Position numbers and translations under genes: made by a program. From the NCBI RefSeq assembly GCF_024464595.1, contig NZ_JANHAW010000001.1:845083-885082 (forward strand): a stretch of DNA of 40,000 nt, read 5' to 3'. Below the pieces are notes generated by a model that saw only the letters and a program-made list of their open reading frames with translations, did no database searches and was not told the DNA's origin. The stretch comes from Halobellus litoreus (GTDB taxonomy: Archaea > Halobacteriota > Halobacteria > Halobacteriales > Haloferacaceae). This document shows, one piece after another, positions 17,362 to 26,326 of this stretch (position 1 is its first letter; every line of letters begins with the position of its first letter).

Positions 17362-18098
17362 TGGCCGCGATCGAAGTCCAGGACCTCACGTTCGGGTACT
17401 CGGGACGGTCGGTAATCGAAGGCGTCTCGTTCGAGGTCGAGGAGGGCGCGTTCCTGGGACTGGTCGGGCCGAACGGATCGGGGAAGACGACGCTTCTGGA
17501 ACTGATGATCGGGCTCCGGCGACCCGACAGTGGAACCGTGTCGCTGTTCGGCGAGCCCGCCAGCGAGTTCGGCGACGGCGAGCGGGTCGGTTACGTGCCA
17601 CAGGACGTGGCGAACGCCGACGAGGCGATGCCGATCACCGTCTCGGAGGTCGTCCGGATGGGGCGGTACCCGCGTCGACTCGTCGGTCGGTTCTCCGAGG
17701 CGGATCGCCGCGCCGTCGACGACGCGATGGCGCGGGTCGGGATCGCTGACCTGGCGGACCGACGCGTCGGCCGCCTCTCGGGCGGCCAGCGTCAACGCGT
17801 GTTCATCGCCCGCGCACTCGCCGGGGAGGCCGACCTCCTGGCGCTCGACGAACCGACCACCGGCGTCGACGCCGAGTCCCGCGAGTCGTTCTACGAACTG
17901 CTCCACGAACTGAACGACGAGGGGATCACGGTCGTCCTGATCGAACACGACATCGGCGTCGTCACGACCCACGCCACCGAGATCGCGTGTCTCAACCGCG
18001 AGCTCTACTTCCACGGCAGCCCCGAATCGTTCGTCGAGACCGACGCCTTAGCCGACGCCTACGGCGGGAGACAGCACGTCGTCCACCACGATCACTGA
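17361..18098 (+). CDS. znuC: metal ABC transporter ATP-binding protein
   Basis: ATG at 17361. It has Walker A (GPNGSGKTT), the ABC signature (LSGGQRQR) and Walker B (LLALDEP). Confidence 0.85.
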   Translation: MAAIEVQDLTFGYSGRSVIEGVSFEVEEGAFLGLVGPNGSGKTTLLELMIGLRRPDSGTVSLFGEPASEFGDGERVGYVPQDVANADEAMPITVSEVVRMGRYPRRLVGRFSEADRRAVDDAMARVGIADLADRRVGRLSGGQRQRVFIARALAGEADLLALDEPTTGVDAESRESFYELLHELNDEGITVVLIEHDIGVVTTHATEIACLNRELYFHGSPESFVETDALADAYGGRQHVVHHDH

Positions 18099-19177
18099 TG
18101 TCCGGATCCGCACTTCTCACCGGCGACGCGCTCGCGAGTTCCGCAGACGCGCACGTCCCGCTCGCGATCTCCTTCGACCGAGCGGTCGACCTCGTCCTCG
18201 ACGACGTCTGGGGAGCGGCGCTGGACCTGCTCGCCGCGGCGACCGGAATCGAGATCCTCGCCTCGCCGTTCATGCAGCGGGCCTACCTGGCGGCGGTCTG
18301 CATCGCCGTCATCGGGCCGCTCGTCGGGAGCTTCCTGGTCCACCGCGAGATGGCGATGATCGGCGACACGCTGGCGCACTCGGCGTTCGCCGGCGTCGCG
18401 GCCGGCCTGTTCGTCAACGGCGTCTTCGCGCTGACGATCCCGCCGCTCGTGACCGCGCTCGTCGTCGCTGCCGCCGCCGCGCTGGCCGTTCAGGCGCTCG
18501 TCGATCACGCCGGCACGTACCGAGACACGTCGCTCGCGATCGTCCTGACCGGCTCGTTCGCGGTCGGGAGCGTGCTCGTGACGGCGACCGACGGCGGGAT
18601 CGCGGTCGGCATCAACGCGTACCTCTTCGGGTCCCTCGCGACCGTCTCCAGGGTGAACGCCGCGGTACTGTTGGCGATGAGCGTCGCCGTCGGCGGCGTC
18701 GTCGCCGTCGCCTACCGCCCGCTCGTCTACGTGACGTTCGACGAGGTCGGCGCTCGGGCCGCCGGCCTCGGCGTCACCCGCTACACCCAGTTGCTCGCGG
18801 TCCTGACCGCCGTCGTCGTCGTCGCCGCGATGCAGATCATGGGCGTCATCCTCGTCGCCGCGATGCTCGTGATCCCGGTCGCCGCGGCGACGCCGGTCCG
18901 CGGGTTCAAGCGCTCGATCGCCGCGGCGGTCGGGGCCGGGCTCCTCGCGACGGTCGCCGGCGTCACGCTGTCGTACTGGTACGACGTCGCCGCCGGGGGC
19001 ACGATCGTCCTCGTCGCGATCGGCGTCTACGGGGTCGCGAAGGCCGCGGTGCGGGTTCGTCGCGGTAATCAGACGCGCAAGGCCGGGGCGTCGTCGCGGA
19101 CGGACGTCGTCGATAGCGGGTCGTCGGGGACGGCGGAATCGGAGGCGACCGACGCCGCCGACTCCGAGGGGTTTTAA
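18098..19177 (+). CDS. znuB: metal ABC transporter permease (ABC-3 family)
   Basis: ATG at 18098 overlaps the znuC stop. The protein is polytopic and hydrophobic, with a C-terminal acidic tail. Confidence 0.85.
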   Translation: MSGSALLTGDALASSADAHVPLAISFDRAVDLVLDDVWGAALDLLAAATGIEILASPFMQRAYLAAVCIAVIGPLVGSFLVHREMAMIGDTLAHSAFAGVAAGLFVNGVFALTIPPLVTALVVAAAAALAVQALVDHAGTYRDTSLAIVLTGSFAVGSVLVTATDGGIAVGINAYLFGSLATVSRVNAAVLLAMSVAVGGVVAVAYRPLVYVTFDEVGARAAGLGVTRYTQLLAVLTAVVVVAAMQIMGVILVAAMLVIPVAAATPVRGFKRSIAAAVGAGLLATVAGVTLSYWYDVAAGGTIVLVAIGVYGVAKAAVRVRRGNQTRKAGASSRTDVVDSGSSGTAESEATDAADSEGF

Positions 19178-19201
19178 CGCTCCTGCCCGCCACCTCGAAC
19201 T

Positions 19202-19807
19202 ATGCTCCTCACGCTTGAGGGACTGGACGGCAGCGGCAAGACCACCGCCTGGGAGGCGCTCGCAGACGAGTACTCGGAGGCGGTGTTCACCCGCGAGCCG
19301 ACCGACTCGTGGTACGGCGACGCCGTCGAGCGCTCGATGCACGACGACGACGCCGACCCGCTCGCCGAACTCTTCCTGTTCACCGCCGACCACGCCGACC
19401 ACCTCTCGCGCGTCGTGCGGCCGGCGCTCGCCGAGGGGAACCTGGTCGTCTCCGACCGCTACACCGACTCGCGGTTCGCCTACCAGGCGGCGTCGCTCTC
19501 GGAGTCGTATCTCAGCGGCGCGCGGGACCCGCTCGAATACATCCAAGAGATTCACGGGGCCTTCTCGCACCCGCCGGACGCGACGATCTACCTCGACGTC
19601 GACCCGGAGACGGCAGCCGACAGAGCTGGCGCGACCAACAAGTTCGAGCGCGCGGCGTACCTCGAACGCGTCCGAGAGAACTACGAACGGCTCATCGACG
19701 GCGATCCCGACCGCTTCGTCCGCGTCGACGCCACGCGGCCGCTCACCGAGGTCGTCGACGTCGTCGGCGACGAGTTCGAGCGGCTCGTCGACGAACGGCG
19801 GTCGTGA
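19202..19807 (+). CDS. tmk: dTMP (thymidylate) kinase
   Basis: [16 protein letters not shown]-loop. 201 aa, with the DRY...S...YQ region typical of Tmk. Confidence 0.9.
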   Translation: MLLTLEGLDGSGKTTAWEALADEYSEAVFTREPTDSWYGDAVERSMHDDDADPLAELFLFTADHADHLSRVVRPALAEGNLVVSDRYTDSRFAYQAASLSESYLSGARDPLEYIQEIHGAFSHPPDATIYLDVDPETAADRAGATNKFERAAYLERVRENYERLIDGDPDRFVRVDATRPLTEVVDVVGDEFERLVDERRS

Positions 19808-19852
19808 GCGGCCGTCGCCGGGCAGAGCAGGGAATGGCGGGTCGTCCGGGCC

Positions 19853-20173
19853 TCACTGCCGATCCGGGAGATCGATCTCCTCGGGCGGGGGAACGTACAG
19901 CGTATCGATCGTGAAGCCGAGCGCCAGCGGGAGGCCGATGGCCGCGCCGAGCAGCGCCGTTCCCCCGAGGTCGAGTCCGGCACCGATCGGGAAGACGCCG
20001 AAGAACACGAGGGTCGTGACGAGGAGCACCACGGGGATGATCGCGAACGAGTAGATCACGTAGCCCCATTGGGTCTTCAGCCGAAGCCGGAAGAACCGGG
20101 TGAGAACGGCCGCAAACAGGGTGTGGACCACGAGCACCGCTCCGAACAGGACGAGTCCGACGACCGAGACCAT
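19853..20173 (-). CDS. small integral membrane protein, unknown function
   Basis: 106 aa with three clear hydrophobic helices and an acidic C-terminal tail (PPPEEIDLPDRQ). Confidence 0.6.
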   Translation of the reverse strand: MVSVVGLVLFGAVLVVHTLFAAVLTRFFRLRLKTQWGYVIYSFAIIPVVLLVTTLVFFGVFPIGAGLDLGGTALLGAAIGLPLALGFTIDTLYVPPPEEIDLPDRQ

Positions 20174-20232
20174 ACGTTCGGTAGGGACGCCGAGGCCTTT
20201 ACGGGTTCGGCTCGGCCCCGTCCCGACGGCGA

Positions 20233-20463
20233 TCAGTCCATCGCGATGTACGTTTTCGTGTCGGTGACGCCGGTCAGCCCCTGGATTCCGCTCGACGACG
20301 CGTTGAGGAGGTCGTACACCTCCTCGGCGTCGGTCTCGGCGATGATGTCGTACGCGCCGGCGACGACGTGCGCCTCGGCGACGTCCGCGAGCCCGCGGAT
20401 GGAGTCGACGAGTTGCTCTGACTTCCCCGGCCCGGTTTTCACCATAATGTATGCGCGAACCAT
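20233..20463 (-). CDS. stand-alone Lrp/AsnC ligand-binding (RAM) domain protein
   Basis: Internal ATG (CAT 20461-20463) gives a 76-aa protein, MVRAYIMVKTGPGKSEQLVDSIRGLADVAEAHVVAGAYDIIAE...TKTYIAMD. It has no HTH domain. Confidence 0.75.
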   Translation of the reverse strand: MVRAYIMVKTGPGKSEQLVDSIRGLADVAEAHVVAGAYDIIAETDAEEVYDLLNASSSGIQGLTGVTDTKTYIAMD

Positions 20464-20655
20464 ACTACCACGGTACGCAATACCGTCCCAAAGCGTTTGT
20501 GCCGTCGGCGGGGGCCGCCGTCGGGAGACACAGACGGAGGTTCCGCAGACGGACGTCGAGAAACACTCCACGGACGTTTCGGATACCGTCGCCGAGAGAT
20601 ACCACACGAACGTTCCGGAGAAACATTATTCACGCCCGCCGGTGTACGGCTGTGT

Positions 20656-21345
20656 ATGCGGTTCGTTATCATTGGTGCAGGTCGCGTCGGGCTCCGGACC
20701 GGTCGGGTCCTGAGAGACGAGGGGCACCAGATCACGTTCGTCGAGCAGGACCGCGATCGGGTGGAACGCGCTCGGGAGGCCGGGTTCGAGGTGGTCCACG
20801 GCGACGGCTCCCTGGAGACGGTCCTCGCGGAGGCCGGTATCGAGGACGCCGACGGTCTGGGGGCGCTCACGAGCGACCTGAACGTGAACTTCGCCGCGTG
20901 TTCGATCGCCAAGCACCACCGGACGTGGACGGTGCTCCGCGTCGACGAGGACTACCGCGAGGAGGTCTACGAGAAGTACGCCGACGAGGTCGACGAGGTT
21001 GTCTACCCCGAACGGTTGGGTGCGATCGGCGCGAAGAACGCGCTCCTCGGCGGGTCGATACGCGCGATCGCGGACGTCGCCCAGAACCTCCAGGTGGTGC
21101 TGATGACCGTCACCGAGCAGTCGCCGATGCGCGGCTACACGATCGAGGAGGTCGCACTCCCGGGCGACTCCCGGATCGTCGCGTTCGGGAAAGCCGACAG
21201 GCCGATGGGGCTGCCGCTGTCGGACGACTCCCTCGAGGTCGGTGACCGCCTCGCCGTCCTCGCCGACTTCGACGTCCTCGAGGAGGTCAGACAGCTCATC
21301 GTCGGCGAGACGCTGGCTCCGGACCCCGAGGAGGGTGCGGCCTGA
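20656..21345 (+). CDS. trkA: TrkA-type RCK protein (TrkA-N NAD-binding plus TrkA-C)
   Basis: ATG at 20656 gives MRFVIIGAGRVGLRTGRVL, a Rossmann motif. The C-terminal part has TrkA-C-like segments (VALPGDSRIVAF, VGDRLAVLADFDVLEEV). Confidence 0.85.
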   Translation: MRFVIIGAGRVGLRTGRVLRDEGHQITFVEQDRDRVERAREAGFEVVHGDGSLETVLAEAGIEDADGLGALTSDLNVNFAACSIAKHHRTWTVLRVDEDYREEVYEKYADEVDEVVYPERLGAIGAKNALLGGSIRAIADVAQNLQVVLMTVTEQSPMRGYTIEEVALPGDSRIVAFGKADRPMGLPLSDDSLEVGDRLAVLADFDVLEEVRQLIVGETLAPDPEEGAA

Positions 21346-21575
21346 TGGTCACCGCCTACGTGATGGTGAAGGCCGCGACCGGCGACGTCGACCGGCTGAA
21401 GTCGGAGATGTCGGCCATCGACGGCGGCGTCGAGTCGGTCAGCGTCGTCGCGGGCGACGTCGACTACATCGTGAAGGTACGCGTCGACAGTCCGGCCGAC
21501 GTCAAGGACATCGCCACGACGATCCACGAGATGGGCGACATCGAGGACACCCAGACGTACATCGCGATGGACTGA
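21345..21575 (+). CDS. stand-alone Lrp/AsnC ligand-binding (RAM) domain protein
   Basis: 76 aa, MVTAYVMVKAATGDVDRLKSEM...VVAGDVDYIVKVRV...TQTYIAMD. Its ATG overlaps the trkA stop (TGATG). Confidence 0.75.
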   Translation: MVTAYVMVKAATGDVDRLKSEMSAIDGGVESVSVVAGDVDYIVKVRVDSPADVKDIATTIHEMGDIEDTQTYIAMD

Positions 21576-21623
21576 CGACGTCCGTGTCCGTTCGATCGTG
21601 CGAACCAGCGGGGGGTTCGGCGA

Positions 21624-22136
21624 TCAGAGCGGCGTCCCGCCTCGGCTCCCGCCCGCCGCGTCGGCGGCCTGCTGGAGCAGGTTCGTCACCGGTTCGGTGT
21701 AGTCGTAGCCGGGGATGACGCCCTCGACGTACGTGCCCTCGACGTACTCGACGACCGCGACGGAGTCGGCGGCGCCCCGCGCCGCGTCGAGGTCGGCCAG
21801 TTCGACGCGGACCACAGCCTCGTCTCCGGCCCGCTCGACCGCGACGTCGACGTCGTCGCTGCCGCGAAGCACGCCGTCGACGTCTTCCAAGCGGAGGGCG
21901 AAGGTGTCGAACCAGCCGTCCTCGACGACCGGCGCGACCCGGTCGGCCGTGACCGCGTCGAGCATCGGGACCCGAGCCGTGACTGCGAACGTCGCGTGGC
22001 CGTCGGCCGCGCCAGTCGCGACGTCCGCGTCGAACGCCGTCGTCGTGACCGCGTAGCGGTCGTCCGCTCTCGCGTCGAGCGATTCGTGGCGGTCGGCGGC
22101 GCGTCGTGCGCGCTCGGCAGCGTCACTCCCGCTCAT
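21624..22136 (-). CDS. acidic hypothetical protein (haloarchaeal conserved type)
   Basis: 170 aa, strongly acidic with high GC3, and no competing ORF. I recognise no motif. Confidence 0.55.
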   Translation of the reverse strand: MSGSDAAERARRAADRHESLDARADDRYAVTTTAFDADVATGAADGHATFAVTARVPMLDAVTADRVAPVVEDGWFDTFALRLEDVDGVLRGSDDVDVAVERAGDEAVVRVELADLDAARGAADSVAVVEYVEGTYVEGVIPGYDYTEPVTNLLQQAADAAGGSRGGTPL

Positions 22137-22252
22137 CTGGACTCACTCATTGTGGGATGGGAGGATCCACGGCGACAAAAACGTCTCGCGTGGCGGATCG
22201 CCGGCGACGACTGGTCCGGGTTTTGCGGAAACTTCTGTGCGGGTACGGCACG

Positions 22253-22259
22253 TTTAAGT
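22253..22259 (+). promoter_or_regulatory. TATA-like box (tttaagt) upstream of the candidate structured RNA
   Basis: It is centred about 27 nt upstream of the first hairpin at 22282. Confidence 0.35.
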
Positions 22260-22281
22260 GCATCCCACCCCTTCGCGTAAG

Positions 22282-22375
22282 TGACGCTTCGTCTGGAGGG
22301 CCGAAGCGTCAGCGGGGACCAATTCAGGGCGGCAGCGGCCGTCCGGGCTGTTCCCGGACGGCTGCTTCCTTTTCC
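22282..22375 (+). ncRNA. candidate small structured RNA or structured 5' leader of rps8e
   Basis: Hairpin 1 is a perfect 10-bp stem, tgacgcttcg (22282-22291) paired with cgaagcgtca (22302-22311). Hairpin 2 pairs gcagc..cgtccggg with cccggacg..gctgc (about 22332-22365) with a 3-nt bulge, and is followed by ttccttttcc. It matches no known RNA family that I recognise. Confidence 0.3.
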
Positions 22376-22497
22376 GCGATGTCACCGTCGTGAGCCGCGC
22401 GCGTGCCGACGTCCGCTCTACCGCCGCATCGACAGGTTCGAGACCGCCGCGCCGTCACTTCGTGCGATTCAAGTACTCACCCGGCCAGTTGTCCCGT

Positions 22498-22875
22498 ATG
22501 CAGGACCAAGGACGTTCCAAGCGGAAGCGCACCGGCGGTCGACGCCGGCGCTCGCACAAGAAGACCCGACATCAGCTCGGTCGACAGCCCGCCGAGACCA
22601 CCGTCGGCGAACCGCGGTTCCAGGTCATCGACTCCCGCGGCAACAACGAGAAGGTGCGCGCGCTCTCGGCGAACACCGCCCAGGTCGCTATCGACGGTGA
22701 GGTCGCCGAAGCGACGATCGAGAACGTGGTCGAGAACCCCGCGAACGTCAACTACGTCCGCCGGAACATCATCACGAAGGGTGCGGTCATCGAAACGAGC
22801 GAGGGGCGCGCCCGCGTGACGTCCCGCCCCGGTCAGACCGGCCAGGTCAACGCCGTCCTCGTCGACGACGAGTAA
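22498..22875 (+). CDS. rps8e: 30S ribosomal protein S8e
   Basis: ATG at 22498 gives MQDQGRSKRKRTGGRRRRSHKK...NVNYVRRNIITKGAVIET..., matching the S8e family. Confidence 0.9.
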   Translation: MQDQGRSKRKRTGGRRRRSHKKTRHQLGRQPAETTVGEPRFQVIDSRGNNEKVRALSANTAQVAIDGEVAEATIENVVENPANVNYVRRNIITKGAVIETSEGRARVTSRPGQTGQVNAVLVDDE

Positions 22876-22891
22876 CGCCTTCTCTCTCGAC

Positions 22892-23893
22892 TTACGGCGT
22901 CGGCGCGGCCTTCTGCAGCGCCGTCTCGGCGATGTTGCCCCCGTAGTCGGCGCTCCGCGACACCGAATCGACGATGAGTCCGAGGAGCTGCGCGCGTGCG
23001 GGGTCGAGGTCGCGAAGTAGTTCGTCGATCTTCCGGGCGCGCTCGTCGATCACCTGCACGCCCTCGCGGGCCTCGTTCGCCAGGCGGGTGGCCTCGTCGC
23101 TGTCGTCCGCGAGCAGGGCGTCCATCCCGTCGTCGATGATCCGCCGGGCCTCCTCGTGCAGTTCGTCGAGCGCGTCGACGACCTCCTCGGGGATCGGTTT
23201 CTCGAACTCCAGAGTGAGGTGGGCGATCTTCGTCGCGTGGTCGGCGACGCGTTCGAGTTGGCGCGCGGCGGACTGGTAGTCGAAGCAGACTTCCCGGGGT
23301 AACCCGAGTTCCTCGGCGGCCTTCGGGGTTCGGAGCGTCGACCGGAAGATGCGCGAGACGACCATCCACAGCCGGTCGACGTCGTCGTCGCGCTGGATCA
23401 CGTCACGGGCCATGTCGTCGTCGAGTTCCGAGAGCGCCTCGACGGCGTCGGCGAGCATCGACAGCGAGATGAGCCGCATCCGTCGGACGGCGGTGTGAAT
23501 CGACAGCTCCGCCGAATCGAGGAGGTCTCGAATGACCACCGTATCGCGGGTCTCCTCTAGGACCTCCAACCCGACGAGACTCTGCGTCGCCTGTCGGATC
23601 GTCCGCCGCTGGTCGGTCGTGATCCGGGAACTCTCCAGCGTGATGATGTCGAAGCCGCTGACGTACATCGTCATCACCGCGCGCGTGAGTTCGTCGCCCG
23701 CGAGGTCTGTCACGTCGAGACTTCCCTCGGTCCGCTCCTCACCGTTCGTGGGCGCCAAAAACAGCGAGTCGCCCTCGGGATAGAACTCGACGACGCTCCC
23801 GGCCGAGACGTCGTTCTCGGTCGCCCACTCCTTCGGAATGGAGACTGTGAACGTCGAGCCCCCGGTGACCTGGACTTTCCGCGTTTCCACCAT
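22892..23893 (-). CDS. AbrB/SpoVT-domain plus PhoU-domain phosphate regulator
   Basis: The N-terminus (VQVTGGSTFTVSIPKEWATENDVSAGSVVEF) is an AbrB/SpoVT swapped-hairpin domain. It is followed by two PhoU-like helical repeats. The gene is divergent from pstS. Confidence 0.85.
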   Translation of the reverse strand: MVETRKVQVTGGSTFTVSIPKEWATENDVSAGSVVEFYPEGDSLFLAPTNGEERTEGSLDVTDLAGDELTRAVMTMYVSGFDIITLESSRITTDQRRTIRQATQSLVGLEVLEETRDTVVIRDLLDSAELSIHTAVRRMRLISLSMLADAVEALSELDDDMARDVIQRDDDVDRLWMVVSRIFRSTLRTPKAAEELGLPREVCFDYQSAARQLERVADHATKIAHLTLEFEKPIPEEVVDALDELHEEARRIIDDGMDALLADDSDEATRLANEAREGVQVIDERARKIDELLRDLDPARAQLLGLIVDSVSRSADYGGNIAETALQKAAPTP

Positions 23894-23915
23894 AAGTGCC
23901 CGTAGCGATCATCGG

Positions 23916-23926
23916 AATATAAATTT
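23916..23926 (-). promoter_or_regulatory. TATA-like box for the AbrB-PhoU gene
   Basis: The minus strand reads aaatttatatt, 23-33 nt upstream of the ATG at 23893. Confidence 0.4.
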
Positions 23927-24221
23927 GGCTATTACTATATAGCAGACTGGCTGGCTCTGCAGAGTCCCGATCGGATCCGGGCGGCGTCGAAAAGTATGTA
24001 CTCCTGACGGTTGATTCGGATCCGAGTATTTTCTCCAGTTGAGGAGGGCGGAGAACAGAGGCTCGATATGTCTGGTTATTCCGGAATAAATCAGAAGAAC
24101 GTGGGATAGAAACGCATTCAGATTTTGATCCCGCGACAGAGAAACTGAACGCGACTTCGGACCGCACATCTACTATTCAGTATAGAACGCTATTTCTTCT
24201 ATATAGTCATATTAGTAGCGG

Positions 24222-24231
24222 TTTTATTTTA
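24222..24231 (+). promoter_or_regulatory. TATA-like box for pstS
   Basis: ttttatttta lies 21-30 nt upstream of ATG 24252. Confidence 0.4.
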
Positions 24232-24251
24232 CCTACGGGTACGGAGAGGTA

Positions 24252-25304
24252 ATGACGCGCGAACTCGGGCGCAACAGTCGTTTCTCACGTCGGACGTTCC
24301 TCGCCGCCGCCGGTGGCCTCGGAATCGCCGGTCTGTCGGGCTGCACGCAGAGCAATCCGAACGACAGATCGACCGCCGAACCCACCGAAGCCGACTCGGA
24401 CGGCTCCGGCGACGACGGCGGATCCGGAGCGCTCTCGGGAGAGATCTCGATCGCCGGATCCTCGACGGTGTTCCCGCTCGCCAGCGCGATGGCCGAGCGC
24501 TTCGAGGAACAGCACAGCGGCGTCAGCACGAGCCTCCAGTCGACCGGGTCGGGCGGTGGCTTCGCGAACTACTTCTGCACGGGGCAGACCGACTTCAACA
24601 ACGCGTCGCGGCCGATCCAGCCCGAGGAGGAAGAACAGTGTGCGAGCAACGACGTCGAGCCCGTCGAACTCAAGGTCGCGACCGACGCGCTCACCGTGAT
24701 CGTCAACAACGGCAACGACTTCCTCGGCGAGGGACTCACCGTCGAGCAGCTCCACGAGATCTGGTCGGCGGAGTCGCCGCCGGAGACGTGGGCCGACGTC
24801 AATTCCGAGTGGCCCGACGAGCCGCTGGAGCTGTACGGCCCCTCGGACGCCTCGGGGACGTACGACTACTTCATCGAAGCCGTGCTCGGCGAGGAAGGTC
24901 CGGGGCACCGCCAGGACTACGCGCCGACTGAGCAGGATCGGACGATCATCCAGGGCGTCGCCGGCTCGGAGTTCGCGATGGGCTACCTCGGCTTCGCGTA
25001 CTTCAGCCAGAATCAGGACACCGTCCAGGCCGTTCCGATCAAGGACGGCGAGGGCGACTACGTCGAACCGTCGCTCGACACCGCGCTGTCCGGCGACTAC
25101 ACGCCGCTGTCGCGGCCGCTCTTCACCTACCCGAAGGTGTCGGCGCTCGCGGAGGAGCACATCGCCGAGTTCGCGCGCTTCTGGATCGAGAACGCCACCG
25201 ACGAAGCGATCGTCGCCGACGAGGTCGGATACGTCCCGCTCAGCGAGGACGAACGCGACGAGATGCTCGACACGATCGACGACGCCGTCGAGGAGTCGGC
25301 CTGA
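24252..25304 (+). CDS. pstS: phosphate ABC transporter substrate-binding lipoprotein
   Basis: Twin-Arg signal plus lipobox (SRRTFLAAAGGLGIAGLSGC), and PstS motifs (IAGSSTVFPL, SRP). Confidence 0.9.
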   Translation: MTRELGRNSRFSRRTFLAAAGGLGIAGLSGCTQSNPNDRSTAEPTEADSDGSGDDGGSGALSGEISIAGSSTVFPLASAMAERFEEQHSGVSTSLQSTGSGGGFANYFCTGQTDFNNASRPIQPEEEEQCASNDVEPVELKVATDALTVIVNNGNDFLGEGLTVEQLHEIWSAESPPETWADVNSEWPDEPLELYGPSDASGTYDYFIEAVLGEEGPGHRQDYAPTEQDRTIIQGVAGSEFAMGYLGFAYFSQNQDTVQAVPIKDGEGDYVEPSLDTALSGDYTPLSRPLFTYPKVSALAEEHIAEFARFWIENATDEAIVADEVGYVPLSEDERDEMLDTIDDAVEESA

Positions 25305-25365
25305 GAGCCGTCGACGCCGACGCGCTCGCTCCATCAACCCGTTCGACTGAGAGATCACCCACAAT

Positions 25366-26325
25366 ATGAGTACGGACGAACTGACGACAGATATCACGAA
25401 ACAGACGGAGAACTCGCCGCGAGAGCTACTGACACGGACGTTCTTCTTCCTGTGTGCCGCGCTCTCGATCGTGACGACGATCAGCATCGTCGTCCTGCTG
25501 GTGACGGAGGCGGCGAAGTTCTTCTCGCTCACGGCACCGCTCCTGGGGGTCACCGGCCCGACGGCGTCGATCGTCGACTTCCTCACCGGGACGACCTGGA
25601 ACATCAACAGCGGAGAGTTCGGCGTCCTCACGCTCGTCTCGGCGACGGTGATGATCACGCTCGGCTCGGCCGTCATCGCCCTGCCGCTGGGCGTCGCCAC
25701 CGCCATCTACCTCAGCGAGTACGCCAGCGAGCGCGCCCGGTCGCTGCTCAAGCCGGCGCTGGAGATCCTCGCGGGCGTCCCGACGGTCGTCTACGGCTTC
25801 TTCGCGCTCATCTACATCACGCCCGCGCTCTCCGTCGTCCTCCCGAGTATCGGGACGTTCAACATGCTGTCTGCGAGCGTCGTCGTCGGGATTATGATCA
25901 TCCCGATGGTCGCCTCGATCAGCGAGGACGCGATGAGTGCGGTGCCGGACGAACTCCGGCAGGCGGGCTACGGGATGGGCGCGACGAAGTTCGACGTGGC
26001 GACGGGCGTCGTGGTTCCCGCCGCGCTCTCGGGCATCTTCTCCTCGTTCATCCTCGCGCTCTCGCGGGCGATCGGCGAGACGATGGCCGTCACGATCGCC
26101 GCCGGGTCGCGGGCGCAGTTCCTGAACCCGGTCAACCCCGCGTCGTTCCTCGAGGGCTCGCTCCCGATGACGGCTGCGATGGTCCAGTTGCTCCTCGGTG
26201 ACATCACCGGCGGGGGACTGGCCTACCGCAGCCTGTTCGCCATCGGGCTCGTCCTCTTCGTCATCACGCTCGTTATGAACGTCATCAGCGACTTCGTCGC
26301 CCAGCGGTACCGGGAGGAGTACTGA
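25366..26325 (+). CDS. pstC: phosphate ABC transporter permease PstC
   Basis: 319 aa and polytopic, with the EAA-type loop (ISEDAMSAVPDELRQAGYGMGATKF). Confidence 0.9.
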   Translation: MSTDELTTDITKQTENSPRELLTRTFFFLCAALSIVTTISIVVLLVTEAAKFFSLTAPLLGVTGPTASIVDFLTGTTWNINSGEFGVLTLVSATVMITLGSAVIALPLGVATAIYLSEYASERARSLLKPALEILAGVPTVVYGFFALIYITPALSVVLPSIGTFNMLSASVVVGIMIIPMVASISEDAMSAVPDELRQAGYGMGATKFDVATGVVVPAALSGIFSSFILALSRAIGETMAVTIAAGSRAQFLNPVNPASFLEGSLPMTAAMVQLLLGDITGGGLAYRSLFAIGLVLFVITLVMNVISDFVAQRYREEY

Positions 26326-26326
26326 G

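Noticed and set aside
20233-21575. 21-nt inverted identity at the 3' ends of the two RAM-domain genes, considered as a possible mobile-element terminal inverted repeat.
   Set aside because: It is fully explained by the shared C-terminal peptide TYIAMD plus the stop codon in two paralogs on opposite strands. There is no transposase or target-site duplication.
23909-24169. 86-aa and 142-aa minus-strand ORFs inside the AT-rich spacer between the AbrB-PhoU gene and pstS.
   Set aside because: The peptides are basic and Ser/Arg/Ile-rich, with low GC3, which is incompatible with the acidic, high-GC3 coding style seen in every supported gene here. The region is better explained as a bidirectional promoter.
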